This document shows positions 33,090 to 47,558 of a DNA stretch of 64,000 bases, one piece after another. Each line of letters begins with the position of its first letter. Within the stretch, counting starts at the first letter, position 1. The notes under the pieces were generated by a model. That model was given only the letters and a program-made list of their open reading frames with translations, ran no database searches and had not been told where the DNA came from. Origin of the DNA: the human T2T-CHM13v2.0 reference genome, Homo sapiens; assembly GCF_009914755.1 (NCBI RefSeq), contig NC_060937.1. The stretch is one strand, 5' to 3'. A program made the position numbers and the translations under genes.

Positions 33090-33386
33090 GGCCAGGTGTG
33101 ATGGCTCATACCTGTAATCCTAGCACTTTGGGAGGCTGAGTCAGGTGGATTTCCTGAGCTCAGAAGTTTGAGACCAGCCTGGGAAACATGGAGAAACCTC
33201 ATCTCTACTAAAAATCCAAAAAATTAGCCAGGCATGGTGGCATGTGCCTGTAGTCCCAGCTACTCAGGAGGCTGAGGCAGGAGAATCACTTGAACCTGGG
33301 AGGCAGAGGTTTCAATGAGCTGAGATCACGCCACTGCACTCCAGCCTGGCTGACAGAATGAGAGACTCTGTCTCCAAAGAAAAAAG
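33090..33386 (+). mobile_element. AluS element
   Basis: Full sense Alu; TSD agaaataagagacacttt / agaaataagagaagcttt. Confidence 0.95.
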
Positions 33387-34647
33387 AGAAATAAGAGAAG
33401 CTTTTGCAGCCATGAAAGAACAATATGATGCCATAAAAATAGAACTCTTGATGAGGAATTAGAAGCTTTTGAAACTTAAAAATTATGGTAACACAAATCA
33501 ATAACTCTGTAGGAGTTTCAGAAGATAAAGTCCAGGGTAAAGTACAACAAAAAGACAAAAAAGAAAAGGCAAATGGAAAAGAATAATATAAAAACAGGAG
33601 ACCAATGCATTAGGTCCAATGATCCAGAATGAAGAAATAGAGAAAAGTTGGAGAAGAAAATCATCAAACAAATAATATGAATATTTTTCCAAAATGAGAA
33701 GATATGTGTTTTTAGAAAATGCCTGTTAGATACAAAGACTGAAAATGTAAACAAGACACATCACAATTAAACTTCAGAATGCTAAGTAAAAATATAATCT
33801 CAAAAATTTCCAGAGACATAAAATGTGTTAACATATAAAGGGTCAAGAATTAGAATAACATCAGAATTCTCAATTACAGTATTGAGGGCTAGAAGAAAAT
33901 GAAACAGTATCTTCAAATTGTGGTAGAAAATGATTTTCCACCTAGAATTCTCTAAGACAAACCATCAATTAAGTATAAGCGTAAGTTGCATCCATTGCCA
34001 GACATTTGAGATTTCAAAAATTTACCTCCTATGTATGTGTTCTTGGAAAAGCTCCTGGAGATGTTGCACTACCAAAATGTCAGAATAAATCAACAAATAA
34101 AAAGACATTGAGTCTTGGAAACAGTGGATACTACACAGAAAAAGTCAATGGAAGTAAATCCACAGGATTCTGGCAAAGAAAATGCGAGGAACATAGCACT
34201 TTGGCATGAGGAGGGACCAACTAGGGTAGATTTGAACAAGAGGCTAGATGGAGGATGACACTGAGAATGGTTTAAATGGTAGCCATGACTATGAAAATGG
34301 AACTGATTTATTTATGTGTTTAACTATCTGAGACGAATATACAGTTCTATGAGACAGTATGTGGAATAATTAATGATCAGCACAGGGAAATTTAATGAAA
34401 AAACAAATAAGCTGTACAAAATGGAAAAAGCAGTAATAGTGTACTTTGTGGCTCAACATGAATAATAATTACATAGTAAAGACTGAATATTTAAGTAAAA
34501 AATTGTTATACAACCATTTTGGGAAAATAGAGGAGAAACGTGTGTGGGCCCATGTGATTTCTCCAAGGGTGCTTCAACCTCATCTTTCATAGCAGAGAGA
34601 ATCAATAGAAATGTCTAAAATAAACACTGCTTAGAAATACAATAGTA

Positions 34648-34987
<340 letters not shown>

Positions 34988-35779
34988 TTAATTTGAGATA
35001 AATAGTTGAAGCTGGGAATTATACATATTCTTAGTAGTCTTTGAACCACTTGAATCACTTTGGTGAAAACAAATAATCAAAGACCTGATCATTTCCACAA
35101 TAAGGAAGAACAAGGAGTAATTCACAGACATATCAACATGGATCAGTCTCTCCCATTTCAAAACAAGCAACGCCTCCCTTAACGTAATGCACCACTTCTC
35201 TTTACAAGCCAGCTTCATTAGTGTTCACTACTCACTGCCTCTACTTCTCACTGGCCACTTAGTTATTCACCTGCCATTATTACTGACTTTTTTGTTGTTC
35301 AATACCATGAATTCTCTTCTCTTATTTGACCATGTTAAATCATCTTCTCTTTTGACTTACCTACTGCAACTTCTGACTCTCTATTTTCCTCTAGTCACTC
35401 TTCATTTCTTCACACCTCCTCCAAAAGTTCTACTTTTGCTATTTGACATGAAAATATACTCAGAAAACAACTGTTAGGCCACAGCAAACTCATTTCCTGG
35501 GTGGCATCAGAGTCGGGGGTGGTCTTCCCATTGCACTTCCTTAACCTAGGTTCCTGTCTGGACTGTCTTCTGGGCTGATTCCTTAGCAAAGTGCTTTCTC
35601 CCTGCTTCCCTGGACTTAAATTCCAGGCTTGCTTGCTTCCTGACCTGCTGACATGTAAGAGTACATCACCAGGTTCCCTTGAACTATGCCCTGACTCTCT
35701 GGGCCTTTTGCGCCTTCTTCTGCTCAGTTCCAACTCCTAAGAATGCTGCTGGGCCAGAAAATCCAGTTCGTGCTTGTCC

Positions 35780-36470
35780 CAGCTAAGAAACAACATGTGT
35801 GATGGCCCCAAGGAGAAAAGGAGCATGGAATGTCAAGGGGACAGAAGAAGAAGTCCAGGGTGGCCACAGTAGAGAGAGTTAGGGGGTCAGTGACCAGAGA
35901 TGATGCTGGAAAGATGGGCAAGGGCCAGATGTCACAGGGCCTTTTGTTCCCCTTATAGATTCTTGTCTTAAAGAGCAATAGAAAACCGTTCAATTGCATA
36001 GAGCATGAACAATTTCTGACCAGATTTTCATAAAAAAATGAGTTTGTATGAAGTACAGAGAATGTATAAGGTATGAATGAGAGAAAACCAGTTATGAATT
36101 GTGCAGATGGAAGATTACGGTGGTAGAATTAAGGTGGTGAAGATGGAGAGATGCAATTGAAACAGAGAGAATTAGGAGGTAAACTCTACAAGACTTAGTA
36201 ATGACTTGGTTAGGGATTTTGAGGGAACAGCATCAAAGATGACCTCCAGGTTTCTGGCTTGAACGTCTGAGAAACTGATGGTGCCAGTCACAGATAAAGC
36301 AGATACTGGAGGAGGACCAAGTTTGAGGGAGAAGTTACCAGTTTTTGAGCTTGAGATGTGTTTGTGACCACTGGGTGATGATTTACCAGAAGTCATTTGG
36401 ATATACAATTCTGGAAAACATTGAATAGAAGAATGGGCTGAGTTGATATTTATAAAAAATTTACCATTTT
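35780..36470 (-). mobile_element. L2 fragment
   Basis: Purine-rich antisense L2: agggccagatgtcacagggcctt; catcaaagatgacctccaggtttctggcttga. Confidence 0.75.
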
Positions 36471-36488
36471 TTATCAAATGGTGTGATC

Positions 36489-37379
<891 letters not shown>

Positions 37380-40300
37380 TGTGTAGGGACACGACTCTGT
37401 AAATGCTTATTGAATAGGTGGTTTTAAAAAAGGAACGCAATTTTTAAGTGAGATGGTGTTTTCCCCTAATCTGATAGAATCAAACTCAGAAACATAGGGA
37501 GATTTAATGGATGAGCCAGGGGAAATGATGAAATGTATAGTAGTGCTGAAACCAAGTTGTTTTTACCAAAAAAAGTTTTACGTGTTTTGCTCCTAAAAAA
37601 TTCTCCCTTTTGAACACGTATAGGAAAGATAATTTATGCCTAAAGCCTGTCATCTTAGAAATTGGTTCAGCTTTTTTCAGGAGGCAGTCTAAGCATGACT
37701 TTGGTGAGTGTAATATATGATATATCAACCTCAGTTAAGCACCATTCAGTAAGAGGACAGCTATTCCTGGTCTTCTCTCTCTGGCTACTCACATCTTGAC
37801 TGACATTGTTACAGCCTCAATACACAGAATACAAAGCCACCATGAAGATGATGTCTCTTATGGTTATGTCCAATGAGCTACTTGTGAAAGCTTTGTTTCC
37901 TGCCCCTGTAACTGAGATCTTCTGGTTGAGAAGTTTTAGTGCCCAAGAAAGTTGTCCTTCCATCAATGGATACAGAATGGTTCTAAAGGCGTAGTACTTC
38001 CTTGTAACCTGGTTATTTTAGGCTCATCATTGCCACTGGACAAACAAGCAAAAGAAGGGTTAGTAGGGGTTTTTTATTTTTAATTTATTTTTTCTCCCTG
38101 TCTTATGGTGCTGAGGGTTAGTGTTTAGGATGATGTATTTTACTTTGACTATTAAAAGATAATAGGATGCTGCCACAAAAGTGGAAGGAAGGCATATGGA
38201 TGGAACCCAGGCAATCCTATGGATGCTGCCTTGCAATACCTTATATACTGATGACTCATGCAAACTAAACAGGTAGATCTACCAGGGCTCAGAATATACA
38301 CATGTTAGAGAACCCCACACAAAGGGAAGTCAAAGCAGCAGGTGGACGAAGGAAGTCATAAATATTCAGTTAGCACTGGTGACAGATAACAGAACTAATC
38401 TTTGCAGCTATTACTTATTTTTCCTTCTTTGCTATGCAATACATATATTAAATGTTTTATCTGATTTTCCTTCTCTTTCCTCTACCTTCCTCCACTATCT
38501 TATATGGTGCATATTGGTGACACTTATGCCATTTAGCTTTAAAGTGGAAAACTGATGAGACACCACAATGGAATGAGAGGAGACATGGACATCACTCAGA
38601 TAATCTAGGCTTGGAGATGAATGGGGTAACTGGTAAGACTTCGGGTTATCTTCCTTTAGGAAGAGGAGGTTAACGCACTTTTGACGTGTTAGGAAAGTTA
38701 ACTTTCAGACATTTTTTGAACTGTCAAGATAGAAACGAAGATATGGTGAATTTTAGGCAACAATCAAGAAGAGGTTATAAGGGCACACGTAGATTTTTGT
38801 TGGTGGTGGTTGTTATTGCACAAAACACATTTCCCTCCCAAGAGCATCTTGAATTCCTTCTTGAGAATTATTCCCCTCCATTGTGTATTTAGTCTTAGCA
38901 AGGAAACTGGGTTGATCTTGGGGGAAAGGGGAAGAATAAATGCTCATTATGAGTTACCCCAAGTATAGATATATCTACTGCTATGTTTGGAGAATAAATT
39001 CAAGATTTTTACAATATCAATAAAAAGTCTGACTTCATTACTACAGAAGGAAAGTACATACAGTTTAATATGTAATTGCTATATAGTTAAGTCAAACATA
39101 AACGCAGATGCATCAAAATCAAAGGTTATGGACTAGGGTTGTGTTAACTCTAATATCTTTTCAATAAGGAATTGAGGAAATCTTAATCCATATGTGGCTA
39201 TGGATGTTTTTCTAATTTGATTTTCTCTTCTGTTTTCATGGTTCAGTATCACTGATCTCTGTGTGTCTCTCTATCCCAACAATTTAGTCCTTGTATTATA
39301 ATAGTTAATAGAAATCATGGCAAATTCTATCTTTCATAGTAGTTACCCAAAATTCAGCAGCTATGTTTCCTAAACTCTAGTTACCTCTGTTCTTAATCAC
39401 ATTGAACTTAAGAAGACTCATTCGGTTTCCAGTGCACTCATAAAATGTCTTCCCCTTCTTGCCTGAAATACAGGTTTGGCAAACACCTTCTCATCATCCT
39501 ACTGATCTCTCCCTCTACCCTTCTCTGAGCCCTCTCCAAACTGTCATCATATTCTGCCAAATACCCAAAGGGATCCTCTCTGCCCAGATACCATTTGCAT
39601 TTCTCCTAAGCACATAGTGGCCAGCACCTGGTGTTTTACAGTTTGACAATTTTATGCCCACAGTTGGGTACGCCTCCAAAAGCACCTTGCCCAGCTCTGA
39701 CAGGAAGGTAAAATGGGCATTGTCCTGTGCACCTTCTTTAATTTTTCTCTTAATGGCAATTTTCAATCCTTTGCCTAGGTGGATGGTGGGATTTACCTGT
39801 TATCTGATATTAATAAAAGGGAGGAATTATTGTTCCACTTCCTCTGGCATTACCAATCTTTCTCAGTTGTTGAATTGCTTCCATAAACATGCTTCCAGGC
39901 AAGTGAGCTGATTATTTGGCCTGTACAGGAATGAGACATTTGGATATGAAACCAAATCCCCAGTCTCTTTTTTTCACAATCATGCTTTGGTCTAATCATT
40001 CTGATGAGAGAATGAAACTAAGACTTTTTAAATGGAGCTAGAGACTTCAGAGATGGATATAAAGTATTACAGCTTCAATGATCATTAGAAACTATCTGAT
40101 CCAAACCATGGGTTTTAAAAATGAGGAAACTGAGGTTCATTGAATGGAAGTATCTTTCCCATAGCTTGTTAGGGGGAGAAAAGACTATTCTCACATTCAT
40201 TCTGCTACCAGGCACTGTTTCTCTATCCTACAAGATATAGAGAGTATCAATTTAGGAAATTCTAAAGTGTGCATGCAATATAGTCTAGTTCTTGTTACAC

Positions 40301-40573
40301 AGATCTACTTAAGTTTTGGTAAGACGTGAGAATAATCTCTCTTTTCTTAAAAAAATTGTTTTTCAAAAGAAGAGGACAATAACAAAAAAGCTTACTTAAC
40401 CTTACTGCTCCCTGGGTTCCATGATGTTTTGCTCTCATCTTTCCTCCCTAAGCAATGATTTCCAGCTGTCGTCCTCATGGTCTCCAAAATAACCATCCCA
40501 TCCTTCCGTGTTCCCCCCTCACCCCTGGAAATAACCCCTCCACTACCAAGCATCAGTGACTATCCGATTTCCA

Positions 40574-40818
40574 GGCATGATCTTGGCTCACTGCAACCTC
40601 CACCTCCTGGGTTCAAGTGATTCTCCTGCCTCAGCCTCCTGAGTAGCTGGGATTACAGGCACCCACCACCACAGCTGGCTAATTTTTGTATTTTTAGTAG
40701 GAACGGGGTTTTGCCATCTTGGCCAGGCTGTTCTTGGGCTGGGTGTGGTGGCTCACACCTAGAATCCGAGCACTTTGGGAGGCTGAGGCGGGCAGATCAC
40801 CTGAGGTTGGGAGTTTGA
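40574..40818. mobile_element. Rearranged AluS: antisense body plus inverted 5' segment, no tail
   Basis: 40574-40736 antisense (about consensus 245 to 80), then 40737-40818 sense (consensus 1-82). Confidence 0.9.
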
Positions 40819-41397
40819 CTCCTCCATTTTCACTGTTTTCACCTCCTGTCTGCAGTTGGCAATAATAATTTATTCCTCCATCTCTTCCCTGAGTCAGACA
40901 CATATTCTTTGGCATGTCACTTTTCAAAAATAGCCAAAAATTTTTTTTTTACTGTAGAATGCTTGAGAATTAGAGAAAAGGACCAAAGTGTGACATATTC
41001 CCATGTTTCTAATGAAACAACAATTATTCATTTTACATATTTCCTTTTGGGCTATTTTCATATTGCACATATGTTATCTCAATTATTTCTTGTGTTTCTG
41101 CATGTTTTCATGCTTTTAATTGTTGCATAATATTCAACAGAGTGTTCATACCTTAAGTTATGATGATATTTGATATCCAAAACAAAGAATAAAATTTATA
41201 TCCATGATGTCCTGAATTACTCTAAGAAGAATCCCAAATTGAGAGTTAAGTACAAAATGTGGTGACCTGAAGTTGACCTGCAGTAAATAATTCACATCAC
41301 TGAATAGAGAATAACTTAGTTTTATAAAAGAAATATTTCATAAATCTGAAATACCTTGGAATGAGAATCAGGTTTTTCCAGAATGCCTTTACATTCC

Positions 41398-41868
41398 TCC
41401 AGGAGGCTGAATAATCACTCTCCCAAAGATGTCCACATCCCAATTCCTGGAACCTGAGAATATGTTACCTTACATGGAAAAAGGGACTTTGCAGCTGCAG
41501 TTAGGAATCTTGAGATCTGAAGATTATCTTGGATTAGCCATATTGAGCTCAATGTACTCACAATGGACCTGATAAGAGGGAGATAAGAGGGTGAGAGAAG
41601 GTACTGTGACCACGAAAGCTGAGGTTGGAGTGAGAGGCTTTAAAGATGGAAGGAGCCATGAGCAGAGGCATGTGGGCAGCCTCCGGAAGTTGGAAACGAC
41701 AAAGAGATTTTCCCCTAGAATCTCCAGCAGGGACATGGGTCCCCCACACCTTGATTTCAGCACAAAAGCACATTGGGGCTGACCTCCAGAACTATAAGCT
41801 GTAAATGTGTGTGTCTTAAGCCACTAGGCTTGTGTTAATTCATCACAGCAGCCACAGGAAACTAATCA
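41398..41868 (+). mobile_element. MLT1C/D MaLR LTR
   Basis: cccaaagatgtccacatccc...gggactttgcag...gacctccagaactataag...ggaaactaatca. Confidence 0.88.
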
Positions 41869-43623
41869 AATTCCCTCCACCCTGACAGGCAAGGCTCTAG
41901 GCGCTCCATAAAAATCACCCATGACTTTCCTCTGGTGGCTCCTCCTTCCTTCAGAATGCTACCTCTCACCCGGCATTCCACTGCTTCTCTTCATTTTGCT
42001 ACTTATGGCCCATGCCTGGGCTTTTTCTCTATACCCAGCTCCTCCAGGTTTAGATTCGTGAGCCAGATTGCCCTCAGCCTAGATGCTCTCTCTTGATAAC
42101 TCAGCCCTTGTCTCTTCAATGTTTGGCCTTAATACCTGGGATTCTAGCCCAGGAACAGTGCTCAGCTAAGCACCAAAAGGGGAGGTGAGACGACGGTTTC
42201 CAGATGGGTAAATTTCATAACCCCAGAGCTTTCCTGATTTTTAGACCCATACTTATTAGGCATGCTACCGTAGATGCTTAAGTTCAACACATCTGAAACT
42301 GAGCTCGTAATTTCCCCAAATCCTGCCCCTTCTCCTGTAATCCAATCCTGGTTACTGGCAACACCTAGTCATCTCATCCACAAGCCTCAGAGTTCCATTA
42401 GATCTCTCTGACTTCCTACGGTGTACACTCTATTTTCCTGCTCCTACACGGAGAGCTGCTCAGATGTTCATTTTGGAATATTTTTAGTTTACCTAACCAT
42501 CAGGAGCCCTGGTTAGAGTAGACCTTGGCTATTATTTTAGTATAATTGAGCTACCATTATCTTTTAATAAAAGTTATACATTATATATTCATAATATTAA
42601 AATTGGTTGATCAATTAATAAAGCAGGTCAGAATGACTATCTAACCATATGACTAGAAAACTATATTGGGCCTTCATTGGTCTAAACACGGGATCTGCCA
42701 TCTCCAACTATGGATACTTTCAGATTCATCTGGAGATCACAGCAAATCATCGTTTTAAGATTAGGTTAGTATTACAGAAAGAAGTGATTCCTATCATCAT
42801 GTTACTCTGATGATAAAACTTCAAATGATCATTCTGTATCACAATACAGGCATTGATATTTTGATCATACACCAAAAAAAAGGGGGTGGAAAGGGTGGCA
42901 TTTCACACGTGACACCTCCAGTGCTCAAAGAGTATCACCAGGTTGAGATAATATATTAATTTTGGATCTCAGAGGCTCCCAAGTGATCACTCAATGACTT
43001 TGTTTTGTAGGGACCCACTGGCTTCCCCTGCCTTATTGCCACCCTCAAAATAGTGAGAATTCCATCTTCAAAGAATTTCTTGTCCTGTGCATTCTGTCCT
43101 ATGGGGAATGAGATTCTTGGAGATCCCACCTGATCTTTACTAACAGATGAGTACTTAGAAAGTGCAGATGTTAAGAAATGCACAAACCAAGTTTCTTTTG
43201 GAGTGTAGACTAGAAAGTATGTAATTTTTGTTTTTTCACAAAGGACCCAGCCTTATTGTTTTTCTGTTTATAAAAGATAGTCTTATTACCAAAAAGAAGA
43301 GATAAGTACAAAGTAATAGAGACATATAATAAATACCATCTTAAATCCACCACTGAGATTTAGTCCCTGTTCACATTTCCTTTATATTCTTCCAGGATTT
43401 TGTCTAAGTAGCAAGTCACTCAAAGGCTTTTGTCTGTGCCAGAGATGGGGAAAATGAAAGAGAAGCTAAAAGGTTCAAAAATAGGAGAAGCAATCTCCTA
43501 TTTTTGCTGTGGCAGCAAACATTAGGAATGAGGTCCCAGAGCCATGCATAGTACTGCCTAATGTAATTAGGAAGCCAAACCTGTCTGTTGCCTTCTGCCA
43601 CTGGGAATCCTCAAACTATGCAG

Positions 43624-43626
<3 letters not shown>

Positions 43627-43661
<35 letters not shown>
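43627..43661 (+). repeat. A35 homopolymer immediately upstream of an AluY
   Basis: 35 consecutive A. Confidence 0.97.
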
Positions 43662-43663
<2 letters not shown>

Positions 43664-43666
<3 letters not shown>

Positions 43667-43960
43667 CGGGCGCGGTGGCTCACGCCTGTAATCCCAGCAC
43701 TTTGGGAGGCCAAGGCGGGCAGATCACCAGGTCAGGAGATCGAGACCATCCTGGCTAACACACTGAAACCCCGTCTCTACTAAAAATACAAAAAATTAGC
43801 CGGGAGAGGTGGCGGGCGCCTGTAGTCCCAGCTACTCCGGAGGCTGAGGCAGGAGAATGGCGTGAACCCCGGGACGGCGGAGCCTGCAGTGAGCTGAGAT
43901 CGCGCCACCGCACTCCAGCCTGGGCGACAGTGAGACTTCGTCTCAAAAAAAAAAAAAAAA
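43664..43960 (+). mobile_element. AluY (Ye-lineage-like), CpG-rich
   Basis: AluY diagnostics gagatcgagaccatcctggctaacac and gaatggcgtgaacc, plus gaggtgg, gaaccccggg, ggagcctgc and the 2-nt deletion gacag-tgagac. Confidence 0.9.
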
Positions 43961-45102
43961 GAAACTGGCACAATATATTTCTTTAAATGCACTGAGGACT
44001 GAGAATTGATGTAGCCCTTGATTTGCTAGAGAAATCTGCTGGGAAATATTTTGTTTCTCATCACCACCACTGACAGATTCATGCTTAGAACAAGGCTGTT
44101 TTAGGTTTCAGAGGGAATATTTTCCCTAGATTCACCCGCAGAGTAATTGTCCTTAAAATGAAGTTACAAAAGGTGAGAGGAACCTTAGGAGGTACTTGGG
44201 CTGACAAATGTCTCAGCTGAAGCCATTACCAAGGAGGGGGTGTGATCCCATCACCACTCCAGACCTTGGTTCTCTCCTCTGCACCGGGGGCTCGCGATCC
44301 ATGTTCAAACACCTCACAGGATGCTTCCCCAAATAACAGTTCCTAAGTGGGCATACGGGCACTCCCAGACAAGTACACTCATGCACAAATATCAGGAATT
44401 ATCACCATTCCTGGGGCCATAATCATACCCATCATCTCAGAGTGGAGACATTTGCTGGGAGATACACCGGCTCTCCTTTTCCCCTGCATTTCTGTTCAGA
44501 TCATAGAAACCACACCTGCCGCACACACATATTGAAATATGCATGCCTTTTCCTTAGCTTGACCTACTGCTTCCTGCAGCTTTCTGAATCAACCAGCTGA
44601 GTGAACCAAACATCTGCACGTGTCTGATGCACGTATAATTCCCCCAGAACACTAACACACGTGAAAACCCAGCCAAAAGAGAAAGGAAAAAAAAAAAGGC
44701 AAAGAGAACATGCATGTTTGAAAGCTTATTTTTCACTCAGCCCACCCTGATTTCTTTTAGGCAGAGGGCCAATACTTCTCCAAGCATCTTATCCTGACAC
44801 CCCAGTTCTCCATCACCTGATTCCTATCAATCTGTCTCCTCTCACTGTCATACTCCGTTGTCCACTTCCCCCAACCCAGCCCTCATTCCTTCCTTTATTT
44901 TCAGCCAAGACTGCCCAAAATTCCTGAAAGATCCATGCCCTCTGAAACCGCTACACCTTGACCCACACAGACTCATCTGTCCCTCTGGGACCCTTCTATT
45001 CCCGTTAACACCATCTCATCCTTTGAACAATTCATACATCCCTCCATCTAGAGAGACTTTGTCACTCCAGGGTGGACAATGTGCTCCACCTTCTACTTCT
45101 GT

Positions 45103-45231
45103 ATTTTTTTTTTTTAAGAAATGTGTTCTTGCTGTCACTCAGGCTGGTCTCAAACTCCTGGCCTCAAGCGACCCCCTAACCTCAGCCTCCCAAAATTCTG
45201 GGATTATAGGCGTTAGCCACTGTTCCTGGCC
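45103..45231 (-). mobile_element. FLAM_C-like Alu monomer
   Basis: Poly(T) then antisense left monomer to gccactgttcctggcc. Confidence 0.85.
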
Positions 45232-45537
45232 ATCTCCACACTTCTTATACTTAACTGTCAAAACACTCAGTCACCGAATTCTAAGGTCGATTTAATTACC
45301 TGTATCTCTCACTCATTGTTGATGGAGACTGTGCCTTCCATCTTGGTTCTACAGGTACTTGGCATATGGTGGAAATCAGTAAATGCCTATTGCAAAGAAA
45401 AAGGAAAAAGAAAGGGAGACAGGGAGGGAGGGAGGTAGTTCAAGGTAGATGGAGTACATTTTAGTTTTGTTAGGATGAAACTAAATGTTGTCGTAGGAAA
45501 ATAACCAAAATAATTCCTCATTTGTGTACGGGAGGAA

Positions 45538-45760
45538 ATATAAATACATGTAGGTGTGTATATATACTCATGTGTATACATCTGTACAAATGCATATGCA
45601 TATACATATATGTATGTGTGGCTACATTCCTGTATATATGCATGCACACATGAGCATATATGTAAATATGTATGTGTGTCCATTTGCATACATATATGTG
45701 TGTAAATGTGTATGCATATTTTATGTCTATATATACATACATGTGTGGACACATACATGT
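45538..45760. repeat. Degenerate alternating purine-pyrimidine (TA/CA/TG) low-complexity tract
   Basis: About 220 bp of tatg/catg/taca-type units. Confidence 0.9.
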
Positions 45761-47218
45761 TTTGGTCTTCTTGGCTCATCTATCACCCTATGTACAGAAC
45801 TCGCGGTACACACAAATAAAATTAATATGATCACAACTTAAAGGGACAGATAAGGAATTTTAACCAATTTTCAGCAAATGGTTATTAATGTTTACTTTCA
45901 GAACCACACGCACAGCATGTGCAGCTGGTGACTCTGCGTGGGCCACCTGCTACCTAGTGCTTTTTCAATCATGCCTGATTACAACGACGAGGGAGAAAAA
46001 CACCAGATAGCTCAGCCTGATATGTTTTTTATCATTCAGTCTGCTTTTGGGCAGAGGAGTTCAAACCACGAGTGTCAGCAGTGTGTAAGACAGCGTGGGG
46101 CTCGGGCCACCTGCCGCAGTGGACCCCTGGCTTAGTTTCCATGTGCTATCTTAGCATGGCAGAAAGCGGATTCCAACCAGCCACAGCAGGTGACAGGAGC
46201 TGAAGCTCAGCCCTTCCTGAAAGCAACCCATGCCCTCGAGGATGCTGACGGTGATCTGAGTACATTTTCCAGCTCCCTTGTTCTGTGTAAATAAATGTTT
46301 AAGAAGAAATAAGCACTAGCAGCGATCCCTAGCACTTTATGAAGACCAGGATACTGATACTCCCTTCCCGTTGGATGGCACACCACAGTTTGTTTGCATT
46401 TCATTTGCTATTTATAACAATAGAGGAAGAAAGACAAAATGTTTTTGTTTTTGTTTTAACACGTGAAGAACATGAGATCGGAAGAGGTAAAGTTAATTTC
46501 CCAGAATTATCTATGCTAAGCCTTGAAAAGCCATGTTTATTACAGATCAGATATTTACTCTAAAACAAAAGTGTAGAATAGCAGAAAAACAATGGACTTA
46601 GAGGTCAAAAGGCTATAATTTTGTCCACATACATCTCTATGATCCCAAGCCAGTCATTTACTTTCTCTGAGCCTGATATTCTCATCCATAAAGTGGAACC
46701 ACCTGTCTTTTGCATAGTCAAGGAGGCAGTGCCCATGGAGGAGCACTGAGTTATAAAGGGCTAACTCCTGTGAGGGATGACTCCCGTCATGGTGACCAGT
46801 TATCCTCTCCTCTGAATTTTGTTCTTCAGAGGCCAACTTGAAAGAGTTTGAAGCCTGAGGTTGGATTTATAGGCACTAGAATACATCAGCTTCAAACATT
46901 CACAAATCAGGAACTGATTTCATCTCCTCTTGAAACCTATCATCTGTTAGCTAAAATAGCTCTGGTTGCTTTTATTCCAGATAATAACACTTAAAGTTTT
47001 AATGAGAGATGAGCATGTTCATTAAAAAACAAGTCAAATGAAACTAAAAAAAAAAATCATTTACTTGGAAATCCATTCCTGTAATGAAGTCATACTATTG
47101 TGTAGACAACAGTGGAATGATTAGGTCTGATTTTAAAAAAAGAGTTGTCACCAGCACCCTATGTAGAAAGACTTTTTTTCAATTTCCATGAGAGTTGTGT
47201 TCACTTGCAAATTGGTTG

Positions 47219-47558
47219 TGAGGCAGCCAGGTGGGAGGGGGTCCCCGGAAAAATTCCAACCAGACTGCGCCCTGGGAAGGGTGTGCACTGGGGTGGAGCC
47301 ACAGAAGTGCGAACCCTTTGCAGTGGGGAGGAGCCTGGCCCCTCCTCTTCCTGGGTGGAGCTGGGGATTCAAGCTGCGAGGCAGTAAGCACACTAGATGA
47401 ACTCTGGCCTTGAGGAGTCCCTGTTTCCCTTTTTTCCTTTTCACCCAATAAAACCCTGCTTTACTCACCCTTCAAACCATCTGCCAGCTTGAATTTTCAT
47501 GGCTGTGGGACGGACAAGGACCCCGTCTTTAGCTGAACTAAGGAAAAGTCCTGCGGCA
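47219..47558 (+). mobile_element. MER61-family ERV1 solo LTR
   Basis: tgaggcagccaggtgggagggggtccccgg...gcactggggtggagccacagaag...aataaa...ctgcggca; 4-bp TSD GTTG (47215-47218, 47559-47562). Confidence 0.85.

Noticed and set aside
45387-45841. 130-aa and 95-aa His/Tyr/Cys/Met-rich ORFs
   Set aside because: Artefacts of the alternating TA/CA/TG low-complexity tract.
47219-47558. Possible p53 response element in the MER61 LTR
   Set aside because: Some MER61 subfamilies carry p53 sites, but I cannot find two adjacent RRRCWWGYYY half-sites in this copy.
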